NCBI GenBank assembly: GCA_031416315.1
Contig: JANOTL010000129.1
Coordinates: forward strand, 1 to 24,444
Length of the DNA: 24,444 bases
Reading direction: 5' to 3'
Source: Pseudomonadota bacterium
Lineage (GTDB): Bacteria; Bdellovibrionota_B; Oligoflexia; Oligoflexales; CAIYRB01
The translations under genes were made by a program, and so were the position numbers. Under the pieces are notes generated by a model that was not told the DNA's origin, made no database searches, and worked only from the letters and a program-made list of their open reading frames with translations. Each line of letters starts with the position of its first letter. Positions within the stretch are counted from its first letter, which is position 1. Positions 17,001-24,444 of this stretch are shown here, piece after piece.

Positions 17001-17101
17001 TGGCGGCCGGCTTCGATGAGCACCTGTCGAAGCCGATCGATTTCGAGAGATTGTGTAGAGTCGTACGAGTTCTGGGTGCGCCCAGACAGGAGAGACCATG
17101 A
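14093..17101 (+). CDS. Membrane hybrid histidine kinase: CHASE, two PAS/PAC, HisKA, HATPase, REC
   Basis: TM-CHASE-TM (PGLQGVGY, N.KAVG.DL.SEP.RR.AI.RA), PAS (VHPDD, VHVDD), FLANVSHEIRTPL, GDPVRLRQVLTNLVNNAVKFT, DTGAG, GGSGLGL, REC (VAED, LMDLQMP, KP). Start uncertain (GTG 14093 or ATG 14123). Confidence 0.93.
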   Translation: MTQTISNVRLMQPARLRASWLVSLSILGLTGVAVLLSASSEADKRRARIEREERHLVGTIRIRMDSYVRALEQTAAFLKMDAERGVERLGTYVEEAHVFERLPGLQGVGYVALVKRTQEVPAAKAFPRSPSEHRFIVQKLVPDDWRNQKAVGQDLYSEPARRRAIDRAWQLGTPSMTGAVSSLTEAGPNRQAGFLAFAPVFAAPGQLRGLAYMPFRANDFFTVLLDAEGTQALDYWIFDSAETTPVSLLYGNAPLVETSEIAGLSSNSLPVAGRSWTVVSRPRAAFFAELGGPLPELMLAFGVLISFASFLFLRLRERQAELIQGLYIETNAKLDEKRAALRALEISDARHAVLGQIAGGVTVVVDPVARRIAWGEGLERVFGHPESGPEINRLDWLLDLVHPDDQSTIRAKLESPPASATDVFSAACRFRKQSGAYAPVLVRGATLGSGKDGSRFVVALQDLSHQESVTSALQSARDRLALALVSTGLGTFDYSTEDDDLSLSPVAARMLDLAQGEAHGLRKVLKHVHVDDRDALLRAFTAPEGPEDGEDHVRVEARLVCEGSEAWVEVHGRAYRGENGRIQRVAGVMIDTTERKHQALELERARREAEAASYAKSLFLANVSHEIRTPLGVILGYSKLLDEPKLAREDRRQFLDTIERSGRHLTNLIDDILDLSKIESGRLEFERVPFSLTQILEEVRAMFELSAKEKGLGFSVRREPEAPEYVIGDPVRLRQVLTNLVNNAVKFTDAGEVSVDAKVAPELGRDGNLVLELRVRDTGAGISPAVAAKLFEPFTQADPHTTRRFGGSGLGLALSRRLAKAMGGDVVLAASAEGDGSTFLATIDSGLTPAALSRLVATGVKEPLPPRREAGTGAKPLQGLSVLVAEDAIENQELIRRILTRRGAAVAVVDNGAKAVDAALAGAYDVVLMDLQMPVLDGLEATATLRRGGYGKPIVALTAHALREERDRCLAAGFDEHLSKPIDFERLCRVVRVLGAPRQERP

Positions 17102-17457
17102 CGATGACCGATTCCCAGGTTCCGCCGACGACCTCGATCCCGATCGAGTCGTGCCGGACCGATGATTATTTGGACCTCTTGCCGATGTTCGTCGCCGAGG
17201 CGCAGCGCGCTTTGATCGAGCTCGGCGCGGCGCTCGATGCCGGCGAAATCGAGGAAGCACGACGGATCGCGCATCGCATCAAGGGCTCGGCCGCGACGTA
17301 CGGGTACGTCGACCTCAGCGCGCGCATGGCGGCGCTGGAGGATCGGATGCGCGCCGGTGAGTCGATCCCGACCGGCGCGGGAGCGAAGTTGGGCGATTGG
17401 TCGGTGGCGTTGGAGAAGGGTTTGTTGGAGTTGGGGCTGGCGCCCCTTGTTCGGTAA
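17098..17457 (+). CDS. Hpt (histidine phosphotransfer) protein
   Basis: AHRIKGSAATYGY motif in a helical protein; ATGA overlap with the kinase stop. Confidence 0.92.
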   Translation: MTMTDSQVPPTTSIPIESCRTDDYLDLLPMFVAEAQRALIELGAALDAGEIEEARRIAHRIKGSAATYGYVDLSARMAALEDRMRAGESIPTGAGAKLGDWSVALEKGLLELGLAPLVR

Positions 17458-17490
17458 AACGTGGACGTCGACGTTTCGGTCGCCCCCGCC

Positions 17491-17895
17491 TCACGGCACG
17501 ACGACGGATCGCTGCAGGCAGCTCGTAACGCCGTTCGCGAGCGTCCTGCAGCCGAGCTCGACGGCGGAGAGCTCGGGACCCCAGAGCTGTGCGGACTGCG
17601 TCGACGGGTCCAGGCGCGCGCCCCACGAGTCGGCGTTCGTGCAGGTCGTGGCGGACGAAGTGACGTCGGACGAGCGCCCACAGGAAAGCGTCGCGAGCGC
17701 GGCACTCACGACCCCGCCCGTCGCGTCGACCCAGTTGACGACCGCTTTCGCGGGGGCGTCGCCTTCCGGCACGACCTCTAGCTGCCACGATGACGGCGCA
17801 CCGGGATTCGCGGTGCGGCACGAGGTGGCAACTGCGCGCGCGCGCGCGCGCGCGAAGAAGGGTGTGGGGGCTTCGGAAATTGGTTTGAAACACAT
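17491..17895 (-). CDS. Hypothetical Cys-containing protein; 5' end uncertain
   Basis: Fills the gap between Hpt and the ABC operon with plausible composition in its 3' part; N-terminus runs through a (GC)10 tract. Confidence 0.4.
   Translation of the reverse strand: MCFKPISEAPTPFFARARARAVATSCRTANPGAPSSWQLEVVPEGDAPAKAVVNWVDATGGVVSAALATLSCGRSSDVTSSATTCTNADSWGARLDPSTQSAQLWGPELSAVELGCRTLANGVTSCLQRSVVVP
17834..17854. repeat. (GC)10G dinucleotide tract
   Basis: 21-nt uninterrupted alternating GC. Confidence 0.95.
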
Positions 17896-17943
17896 GCCAT
17901 TCAGTATAGCAAGACGAGGTACCCCCGTCGTCGGAGAACCTGC

Positions 17944-19167
17944 ATGCGTCTTTTCCTATGCTCCGTGATTCTCTCGATCTCGAGCCTTGCCCGGGCCGAG
18001 ACGCCGGCGCCCGACGCGGCCTGGGACCAGACCCTGGCGAAGGCGAAAGGCACCGAGGTGGTCTTTTCCTCCTGGGGCGGCAGCGACAGCATCAACTCGT
18101 GGATCGACAAGTGGGTCGCGCCGGAGATGGCGAAGCGCTTTGGCGTGAAGGTGAAGCGGCAGCCTTACAAGGATACGGTCGACGTCGTGAACAAGCTTAC
18201 GAGCGAGAAGCAGGCCGGAAAAAAGGCTGACGGCTCGATCGACCTGGTGTGGATCAATGGCGAAAACTTCAAACTGGCGAAGACCGCGGGCGTGCTCCAC
18301 GGCCCCTTCACCGACCAGCTGCCGTCGTTCAGACAGTACTACGACGCCAAGGCGCCCGACATCACCACCGACTTCGGCACGCCGGTAGATGGCTTCGAAG
18401 CGCCATATGGCAAGGCACAGTTCGTTTTCGTCTACGACAGCGCGAAGGTGAAGGAGCCGCCGCGCTCGTTCGAAGCGCTGCGCGCCTGGGCCGCGCAGAA
18501 TCCTGGACGCTTCACCTACCCGGCGCCGCCGGACTTCACCGGCAGCGCCTTCGTGCGGCAGGTGGTGTACGCGACGACGGGCGGCTACGCGCAGTATCTG
18601 CCGAAGGTCGACCTCGAGCTCATGGCGAAGAAGCTGCCGGCGGCCTGGAGCTTTCTGAACGCGATGAAACCGCACCTGTGGATGAAGGGCGAGACGTATC
18701 CCGACGGACAGCCGCGGCTGAATCAGCTCTATTCCGACGGCGAGGTGTGGATGACGATGGGCTATTCGCCGACGACGGCGGAAGCGGAGATGGCCAAGGG
18801 CACCTTTCCGAAGTCGACGCGCACGTTCGTGATGAAAGAGGGCACGATCGCCAACACGCATTTCGTCGGCATCCCGTTCAATGCGAAAAACGTTGAAGGC
18901 GGGAAGGTGCTGGCCAACTTCCTCTTGTCGCCCGACGCGCAGATCTCGAAGTTCGACCCGAAGCTTTGGGGTGATTTCCCCGCGCTCGATCCGACGAAGC
19001 TCACCGACGCCCAGCGGCAGCAGCTCGAGAGCATCGACCTTGGCATCTCGACCTTGCCGGTCCGCGAGCTGGCGAGCCATCGCGTGCCGGAGATTCAGCC
19101 GGAGTATCTGGTCCAGATCGAGAAGGAGTGGGCGAAGCAGGTGGCGCAGAAGAAGGCGTCGCACTGA
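17944..19167 (+). CDS. ynjB: ABC transporter substrate-binding protein, YnjB-like
   Basis: Signal peptide; WGGS..IN, GSIDLVWINGENF, DFGTPVDG.EAPYGKAQ, PGRFTYPAPPDFTGSAF, GTIANTHFVGIPFNA, ANFLLSPDAQ match the YnjB family as recalled. Confidence 0.85.
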   Translation: MRLFLCSVILSISSLARAETPAPDAAWDQTLAKAKGTEVVFSSWGGSDSINSWIDKWVAPEMAKRFGVKVKRQPYKDTVDVVNKLTSEKQAGKKADGSIDLVWINGENFKLAKTAGVLHGPFTDQLPSFRQYYDAKAPDITTDFGTPVDGFEAPYGKAQFVFVYDSAKVKEPPRSFEALRAWAAQNPGRFTYPAPPDFTGSAFVRQVVYATTGGYAQYLPKVDLELMAKKLPAAWSFLNAMKPHLWMKGETYPDGQPRLNQLYSDGEVWMTMGYSPTTAEAEMAKGTFPKSTRTFVMKEGTIANTHFVGIPFNAKNVEGGKVLANFLLSPDAQISKFDPKLWGDFPALDPTKLTDAQRQQLESIDLGISTLPVRELASHRVPEIQPEYLVQIEKEWAKQVAQKKASH

Positions 19168-20063
19168 GCGCGAGGCTCCGCCGGTCCCTCGTCCGAGGCG
19201 TGTTGCTCGCGCCCGCTTTCATCGTATTGGTCGTCTTGTTGTGGACGGGACTCGGGATCGCCTTCGTGCGTGCGTCCGGCGTTTATCCGGCGTTCGGGAT
19301 GGTGACGCCTAGCGGCATCTTCTGGCGCGAGGTTTTGGGCGACGAGGCGTTCGGGCCGAGCCTGTGGCTGACCCTGCGGATCGCGGGGCTTTCCACCCTG
19401 GCGGCGGCGGGGCTCGGGACGGCGCTGGCGTTCCTCGCGGCGGCGTGGACGAAGCCGACGTGGCGGCTGCGCCTCCTTTTGCAGTGTCCCCTCTATTTGC
19501 CGCATCTGGTGGCGGCGAACGTCGTGATCCTGACCTTGGGACAAAGCGGGCTTTTCGCGCGCATTCTGCACCTCGTGGGCCTCGCGGCGGAGCCGGCCGA
19601 TGCGCCGCGCTTGGTGTACGACGCCTTCGGCTGGGGCAGCGTCCTTGGTTTCGCCTTGAAAGAGACGCCGTTCGTCGCGGTCCTGGTCTATCCGTTCGCG
19701 CTGGCGGCGCTGGCGACTTACGGCCCGGTGGCGCGGACCTTGGGCGCCTCGCTCGGCGGAATTCTGCGGCGGATCGTCCTGCCGATGAGCTGGCCGGCGG
19801 TCGCGACGGCCGCGGTGATCACCTTCGCCTACGGCTTCAGCTCTTTCGAGATCCCTTCGGTCCTGGGCCGCACGTATCCCAAGGTGCTCTCGAACTGGGC
19901 TTACGAGCTCTACACAAACGTCGAGGCGGCGAGCCGGCCGAGGGCGATGGTCGTCGGGCTCCTTGTCGTCGGGGGCAATGCGGTGCTCGCGGGCGTCTAC
20001 TTCGTGCTGGCGGCGCGCTACGATGCGATGTTGACCGCGATCCGCGCGGGGAAGACGACGTGA
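19164..20063 (+). CDS. ABC transporter permease (YnjC N-half/PotB-like)
   Basis: Multiple TMs, KETPF, EAA-like ARTLGAS loop, FSSFEIPSVLG.TYP. Start uncertain (CTG 19164 overlapping the upstream stop, or GTG 19128/19200). Confidence 0.88.
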   Translation: MSARLRRSLVRGVLLAPAFIVLVVLLWTGLGIAFVRASGVYPAFGMVTPSGIFWREVLGDEAFGPSLWLTLRIAGLSTLAAAGLGTALAFLAAAWTKPTWRLRLLLQCPLYLPHLVAANVVILTLGQSGLFARILHLVGLAAEPADAPRLVYDAFGWGSVLGFALKETPFVAVLVYPFALAALATYGPVARTLGASLGGILRRIVLPMSWPAVATAAVITFAYGFSSFEIPSVLGRTYPKVLSNWAYELYTNVEAASRPRAMVVGLLVVGGNAVLAGVYFVLAARYDAMLTAIRAGKTT

Positions 20064-20833
20064 GGACGTGGCGCGCAGCGCTAGTGCATGCGGCGCTGGC
20101 GGCGCTGATTTTGCCGGTCTTGCCGCTCTTAATTTGGAGCTTCACCGAGGCGTGGCCGTGGCCGGGGCTTTTGCCGACGACCTTCAGCTTGCGCGCTTGG
20201 CGCGTGGCGGCGGACGCCGATGCCGGGTTTCTTAGCGGCTTGGCCGCGTCCTGCGCCTTGGCGGCGGTCGTGACAGTGATCTCGCTCGCGATCAGCCTGC
20301 CGCTCGCGGAGCTCTTGGGGCGTGGACGGTTTCGCGGCAAGGCGTTCGTCGAGGTGCTCGCGATGCTGCCGCTCTTCATTCCGGCGTTCGTCGCGGCGAT
20401 GGGCCTGCACGAGACCTTGATCCATTGGGGGCTCGCCGATACGTACGCGGGCGTCGCGCTCTTGCAGCTCGTGCCGACGACGCCTTACATGGTGCGGAGC
20501 TTGGCGACGGGGTTCGCGCTGCTCGGCACGCGGCTCGAGGATCAGGCGCGCACGCTCGGCGCCGGGCCCTGGCAGGTGTTCTCGCGCATCACCCTGCCGA
20601 GGCTCGTGCCGGCGATCGTGCTGGGCTCGACTTTCGTCTTTCTCGCGAGCCTCGGCGAGTATCTGCTGGCGCTCCTCGTCGGCGGCGGCGCGGTGCGGAC
20701 CTTGCCGATCGTGCTCTATCCCTTTCTCGCGAGCGGGGACCGGGCGATCTCCTCGATGGGGAGCTTGCTATTGTACGCGGGGCCGTTGGTGGTTCTGCTG
20801 GTGATCGACCTGAAGACGCGGAAGTACGTTTGA
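20060..20833 (+). CDS. ABC transporter permease (YnjC C-half/PotC-like)
   Basis: W.WP.LLP..FSLRAW, LEDQARTLGAGPWQVF.RITLP EAA motif; GTGA overlap at 20060. Confidence 0.9.
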   Translation: MRTWRAALVHAALAALILPVLPLLIWSFTEAWPWPGLLPTTFSLRAWRVAADADAGFLSGLAASCALAAVVTVISLAISLPLAELLGRGRFRGKAFVEVLAMLPLFIPAFVAAMGLHETLIHWGLADTYAGVALLQLVPTTPYMVRSLATGFALLGTRLEDQARTLGAGPWQVFSRITLPRLVPAIVLGSTFVFLASLGEYLLALLVGGGAVRTLPIVLYPFLASGDRAISSMGSLLLYAGPLVVLLVIDLKTRKYV

Positions 20834-21936
20834 TGGTGTTTCGACTGGAAATCGAGGGAATCGCTAAGGCATACGGGCGCCAGGAAGTGCTGTCGGCGAC
20901 GAGCCTCGCGCTCGCGCCGCGCGAGCTTCTCTGCGTCCTGGGGCCGAGCGGCTGCGGCAAGTCGACCCTGCTCGGGATCGTGGCGGGCCTGGTCGAGCCC
21001 TCCGCGGGGAGCGTGCGCCTCGACGGCGTCGACGTCACGGCCTTGCCTTCGGAGAAGCGCGGCATGCCGATGGTGTTCCAAGATCACCTCCTGTTTCCCG
21101 CGATGACGGCGGGCGAGAACGTCGCGTTCGGGCTGGTAATGCGGCGGGTGGCGCGCGAGGACATCGCGCGGCGCGTGCGGGAGGCTTTGGCGGCGGTACG
21201 GCTCGAGGGCATGGAGTCGCGCTTGCCGTCGGAGCTTTCGGGCGGGCAGAGGCAGCGGGTTGCTTTGGCGCGGGCACTGGTTTTGCGGCCTGCGGTGCTG
21301 TTGCTCGACGAGCCGTTCAGTAATTTGGACGCCGGCCTTCGTCTGGAGATGCGCGAGCTGATCATGGAGATGCGTGACGCTCTGGGGTTCGCCGCCTTGG
21401 TCGTGACGCACGATCCGCAGGAGGCGCTCGGGCTCGGGGATCGGGTCGCGGTGATGCAGCGTGGGGCGGTGGCGGAGATCGACGCACCGGCGGCGCTTTA
21501 TGCCCGCGCGAAAACGCAGGCGGTCGCGGCGCTGCTCGGGCCGGCGAGCTTTCTGCCGTTGACGCGGGGTCATGCTGGGCTGCGCTTGCGGGATGGGACC
21601 CCCGTCGCCAGTGAAGGCGATCGGGCGGGCGAGCTGGCCTTGTGCCTACGGCCGGAGATCTTGAGATTCGCCGGCGGACGGGAGTTGGCCGGAACTGGGA
21701 TGTCACTTCCGGCGCAGCTCGGAAAGACGTACTTCACGGGAGCGAAGATCGTCGCGGAGGCGCGGACGACCTGCGGGACCTTGCGCGTCGATTTGGACGT
21801 GACGGCAGATCTGGAGGGCCTGGCGCGGCAGTCAGCGGTGGGAGATTTGTGCGTGGCGTGGGATCCTTCCCGGGCTTTCGTGGTGGGCGCTGAGCCCGTG
21901 GTTTCCGAGTTGGAGCTCAAAACAGGCGCGCCGTGA
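20833..21936 (+). CDS. ABC transporter ATP-binding protein (PotA/YnjD-like)
   Basis: Walker A GPSGCGKS, signature LSGGQRQR, Walker B LLLDEPF, VTHD; TGATG overlap at 20833. Confidence 0.95.
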   Translation: MVFRLEIEGIAKAYGRQEVLSATSLALAPRELLCVLGPSGCGKSTLLGIVAGLVEPSAGSVRLDGVDVTALPSEKRGMPMVFQDHLLFPAMTAGENVAFGLVMRRVAREDIARRVREALAAVRLEGMESRLPSELSGGQRQRVALARALVLRPAVLLLDEPFSNLDAGLRLEMRELIMEMRDALGFAALVVTHDPQEALGLGDRVAVMQRGAVAEIDAPAALYARAKTQAVAALLGPASFLPLTRGHAGLRLRDGTPVASEGDRAGELALCLRPEILRFAGGRELAGTGMSLPAQLGKTYFTGAKIVAEARTTCGTLRVDLDVTADLEGLARQSAVGDLCVAWDPSRAFVVGAEPVVSELELKTGAP

Positions 21937-21970
21937 AAGCCGTGCCGCAGAGCTTGATGGGAGGCGGAGC

Positions 21971-22633
21971 GTGATCGATTTTGTCGGGTTCGCGAAGATC
22001 GCGGGCGGCGTGGCGGTGAGCTCCGCGCTGATTTACGCGGCGGGGCGCGAGTTGCCGAGGCTGCGGGAGCAGGCGACGCGGACCCGCGCGGCCGTGCGGA
22101 TCGTCGTGTGCGTCTCTACGCTTGCGATGCTCGCGGCGGGAGCTTGGTTCTTCGGGAAATTGAACGGACTGTGGGCCCCTTCGACCGAGAGCTTGGGGCC
22201 GTCGGCGATCCCGGGGGCCCTCGTCCTGACCGTGATCGTCTCCGCCCCGGCCTATATGATCGGGCGGGAGATATTTCGCGTCGCGGATCCGGCCCTCAGG
22301 AAAAAAGCATTGGTCCAGCTGGCCGCGGTCGCTGTCGCGGGCTTTTTGCTCTTTGCGGTGCTGGACGGGATGCGCGACGTCCCGGAGCAAGCGAAGATCG
22401 ACTTCACGATGATCAAGATGGACGAGGTCGCAAAAGGCTTGGCCGCGTTCAAGGCGGCGAAAGGGCGGTTTCCGAGCGCGGAGGAAGCGCAGCTCGTGAA
22501 GGATGCTTGGGGCGAGGAGCTTCGGTACGAGATCGAAGGGGAAGGCTTCGTGCTACGCTCGGACGGGACGGATCAGAAGGCCGGAACAGGGGACGACTTA
22601 TTTTTCGGAAGAAAGCCGCCAGATTTGCCTTAG
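21971..22633 (+). CDS. Multi-TM membrane protein with C-terminal GspG/T2SS pseudopilin-like domain
   Basis: Four hydrophobic segments then L..F....GRFP......DAWG....Y......F.LRS.G.D...GTGDD, the GspG-type C-terminal motif. Confidence 0.75.
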   Translation: MIDFVGFAKIAGGVAVSSALIYAAGRELPRLREQATRTRAAVRIVVCVSTLAMLAAGAWFFGKLNGLWAPSTESLGPSAIPGALVLTVIVSAPAYMIGREIFRVADPALRKKALVQLAAVAVAGFLLFAVLDGMRDVPEQAKIDFTMIKMDEVAKGLAAFKAAKGRFPSAEEAQLVKDAWGEELRYEIEGEGFVLRSDGTDQKAGTGDDLFFGRKPPDLP

Positions 22634-23154
22634 CTTGCCTCTTCGCCGTTGAGACGCAAGCGACATCCGAAGAAGGGCGCGTGCGCCTGCGCGCCCGTGA
22701 GCATTACGAATCGCTTGCTGTCGCGCGGGACGGACGCTCCGCGCGTTTTTCCGGTTTTACGAACACCATAGTCCTGAACTACGAGGTCCCGTTCCGTTAC
22801 GCCTTTGGCTTCGCAGGGAGCCCGTTGTTCGCGACCTTGCGCCGCGATGGTCCTTTGCCGGGCTTCGGGGAGCGCATTCGCCTCGTGCATCTTGGGGTCG
22901 GAGGGAAGCTGTTTCCGGTCGACGACGTCGCGGCGTTCGTGCGCGCGGAGGCGTTCACGTCGACTCTGAATCCGCGCGGGGAAGCTGGGATTCAGCGCGG
23001 CGAGAGCGCCCTCGGCGGGCTCGGCTACGAGTTCGACTTCGGCGGTATCGGACTGGCACCCGAGCTCGCTTGGCGCAGGGGATTGCTTGGGGATGGGACG
23101 CGATTCTCGGGCTCGGCTCCGGCCGTCGGGCTGCACTTTTACAGCGCCATTTGA
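22597..23154 (+). CDS. Probable exported beta-barrel-like protein; start codon not identified
   Basis: 3' part of ORF 22108..23154: signal-like RKKAARFALACLFAV, amphipathic strands (LVHLGVGGKLF, LGGLGYEFDFGGIGLAPELAW, AVGLHFY). Confidence 0.6.
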   Translation, partial: LIFRKKAARFALACLFAVETQATSEEGRVRLRAREHYESLAVARDGRSARFSGFTNTIVLNYEVPFRYAFGFAGSPLFATLRRDGPLPGFGERIRLVHLGVGGKLFPVDDVAAFVRAEAFTSTLNPRGEAGIQRGESALGGLGYEFDFGGIGLAPELAWRRGLLGDGTRFSGSAPAVGLHFYSAI

Positions 23155-23171
23155 ACGGAGGATCGTCCGCG

Positions 23172-23837
23172 ATGCGGGTTCTGATTTTTGGCGCGACCGG
23201 CATGGTCGGACAAGGCGCGCTGCACGAGTGCCTGCAGAATCCTGCCGTTACCGAGGTTGCGACGATTGGGCGCAGCGCCTTGGGCGTGAGGGATCCGAAG
23301 CTGACCGAGATCGTGCATGCCGATCTTTGGAGTTACGCGGGGAAGGAGGCGACGCTTTCGGGCTTCGACGCGTGCTTCTTCTGCCTGGGGACCACCTCGG
23401 CGGGAAAGACGGAGGCGGAGTACACGAAGATCACGTACGACTTGACGCTCGCGGCGGCGACGACCCTGGCGCGGCTCAACCCGGGGATGACCTTCGTCTA
23501 TGTCTCGGCCGCCGGAGCGGATGGCAGCGAGTCGGGGAAGATCATGTGGGCGCGCGTGCGCGGGAAGACTGAGAACGCCCTCTTCCAGCTCCCGTTCAAG
23601 GCCGCCTACGCGATTCGGCCCGGGATCATCCAGCCTTTGCAAGGCATCCAGTCGAAGACGGGAGCTTATCGCTTGTTCTATAGCGCGACGAAGCCGCTGC
23701 TACCGTTGGCGCGAAAGCTCTTTCCGCGGAGCATTGCGACGACGGAGCAGGTGGCGCGGGTGATGCTTCGGCTCGCGACGGACGGTGCCGAAAAGCGGGT
23801 GCTGGAGGCCTCCGATTTCCTCGACCTGGCGCCGTGA
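23172..23837 (+). CDS. NAD(P)-binding Rossmann protein (atypical SDR/epimerase, TIP30/YraR-like)
   Basis: MRVLIFGATGMVG, DACFFCLG, FVYVS..GAD, WARVRGKTEN, IRPG; GGAGG RBS before ATG 23172. Confidence 0.92.
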   Translation: MRVLIFGATGMVGQGALHECLQNPAVTEVATIGRSALGVRDPKLTEIVHADLWSYAGKEATLSGFDACFFCLGTTSAGKTEAEYTKITYDLTLAAATTLARLNPGMTFVYVSAAGADGSESGKIMWARVRGKTENALFQLPFKAAYAIRPGIIQPLQGIQSKTGAYRLFYSATKPLLPLARKLFPRSIATTEQVARVMLRLATDGAEKRVLEASDFLDLAP

Positions 23838-23858
23838 GCTCCGCTTAGCCCCGCTCGG

Positions 23859-24026
23859 TCAGCGCCGGGAGCGCGTCATGCGGATGATGCGCAGCACCAC
23901 GAAAACCACCATGACGACGGTCGCGACCCATTGCATGGTCGATGCGCGTTCGATCCCGACCTGCATGATGCCGTAGGTGTTGTAGCCGAGAACGGCGATC
24001 ATGATGGCGAGGAAGACGAAGTCCAT
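23859..24026 (-). CDS. 55-aa two-TM small membrane protein (absent from ORF track)
   Basis: MDFVFLAIMIAVLGYNTYGIMQVGIERASTMQWVATVVMVVFVVLRIIRMTRSRR*; strong GC3 bias, basic tail. Confidence 0.7.
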   Translation of the reverse strand: MDFVFLAIMIAVLGYNTYGIMQVGIERASTMQWVATVVMVVFVVLRIIRMTRSRR

Positions 24027-24042
24027 GGGGAGTGAGTACCAC

Positions 24043-24294
24043 CTAGCTCTTGATCCACCAAGGATTCGAATCGGAGGCCGGCTTGCTCACCTGCAGGCCT
24101 TTCCGGAACGTGACGAGCACCTTGTTCGTGGTCACGTCCCAGACGCGCTCCATGCGGCGGTTGTTGTTCGACTCCGCCTTCGCCGAGCGGAACGCCGAGA
24201 CGTAGTCGTCCTCGAAACGTCCGTGCTCCCAGTCGAAGCCGTTCTTGCTGAGCTCGATGAAGTACGCACCGAACCGACGACCAAGGTCGAGCAT
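24043..24294 (-). CDS. Hypothetical 83-aa protein
   Basis: Strong purine-rich RBS (GGAGGGGAGGG), GC3-biased codons. Confidence 0.65.
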   Translation of the reverse strand: MLDLGRRFGAYFIELSKNGFDWEHGRFEDDYVSAFRSAKAESNNNRRMERVWDVTTNKVLVTFRKGLQVSKPASDSNPWWIKS

Positions 24295-24311
24295 CTCCGC
24301 ACCCTCCCCTC

Positions 24312-24443
24312 CTAGTTCCCGTTACGGCCCTCGCGCGCCAGGTTCCGACGAATCGCCCGCAGCGCGGCGATGACCTGGGTGCGACGGTCGTCGGTCGGTC
24401 GACCGCGGGGGGTGTTGGGAGAAGGGAGGGGTGGAGAAAAGAG
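24312..24443 (-). CDS. Possible 3' end of a gene entering from the right, partial
   Basis: Open frame to the window edge ending ...RRTQVIAALRAIRRNLAREGRNGN* (TAG at 24312-24314), directly before the next RBS. Confidence 0.35.
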   Translation of the reverse strand, partial: LFSPPLPSPNTPRGRPTDDRRTQVIAALRAIRRNLAREGRNGN

Positions 24444-24444
24444 C

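Noticed and set aside
15413..17260. 615-aa minus-strand ORF
   Set aside because: Antisense shadow of the hybrid kinase, expected in high-GC DNA.
17860..17943. TPP riboswitch upstream of the ABC operon
   Set aside because: No CTGAGA or other TPP-aptamer hallmarks seen in the short leader.
17956..19164. 402-aa minus-strand ORF
   Set aside because: Antisense shadow of the YnjB-like gene.
24407..24431. G-quadruplex-like G-run cluster
   Set aside because: Explained by Pro/Ser codons of a possible minus-strand ORF at the window edge; no further support.

Overview
GC-rich bacterial chromosomal window. The surface-lipoprotein repertoire and an Ig-like module resemble Bdellovibrionota/Oligoflexia-type deltaproteobacteria, but this is an inference from recall, not a search. 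The window has two parts. (1) 1-~10200 looks like accessory DNA abutting the 3' end of a minus-strand tRNA-Val(CAC) at 10200-10276. It begins with a 48-bp palindromic attP-like site (32-79) whose core matches the tRNA 3' end. A small HTH + serine-recombinase DNA-binding-domain gene without a catalytic domain follows. Next come a leftward operon (PAS kinase, OmpR-type regulator, two small beta-barrel-like exported proteins, metzincin protease) and two divergent large lipoproteins, one with 14 beta-propeller blades. A shared ACTTA-N8-TAAGT palindrome sits upstream of both output units. (2) 10400-24444 looks like ordinary chromosome: a Cys-rich lipoprotein, a PRC-barrel protein, an NtrC-type sigma54 activator divergent from a CHASE/PAS hybrid kinase + Hpt (two -24/-12 promoters), a YnjBCD-like ABC importer, a GspG-domain membrane protein, a probable beta-barrel, an NAD(P)-binding protein and small hypotheticals. 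The most notable observation is a set of three related att-like sites with large-serine-integrase attP/attB geometry bracketing the 10-kb cargo. The integrase itself is not visible and would lie left of the window. No CRISPR array, rRNA or transposase was seen.
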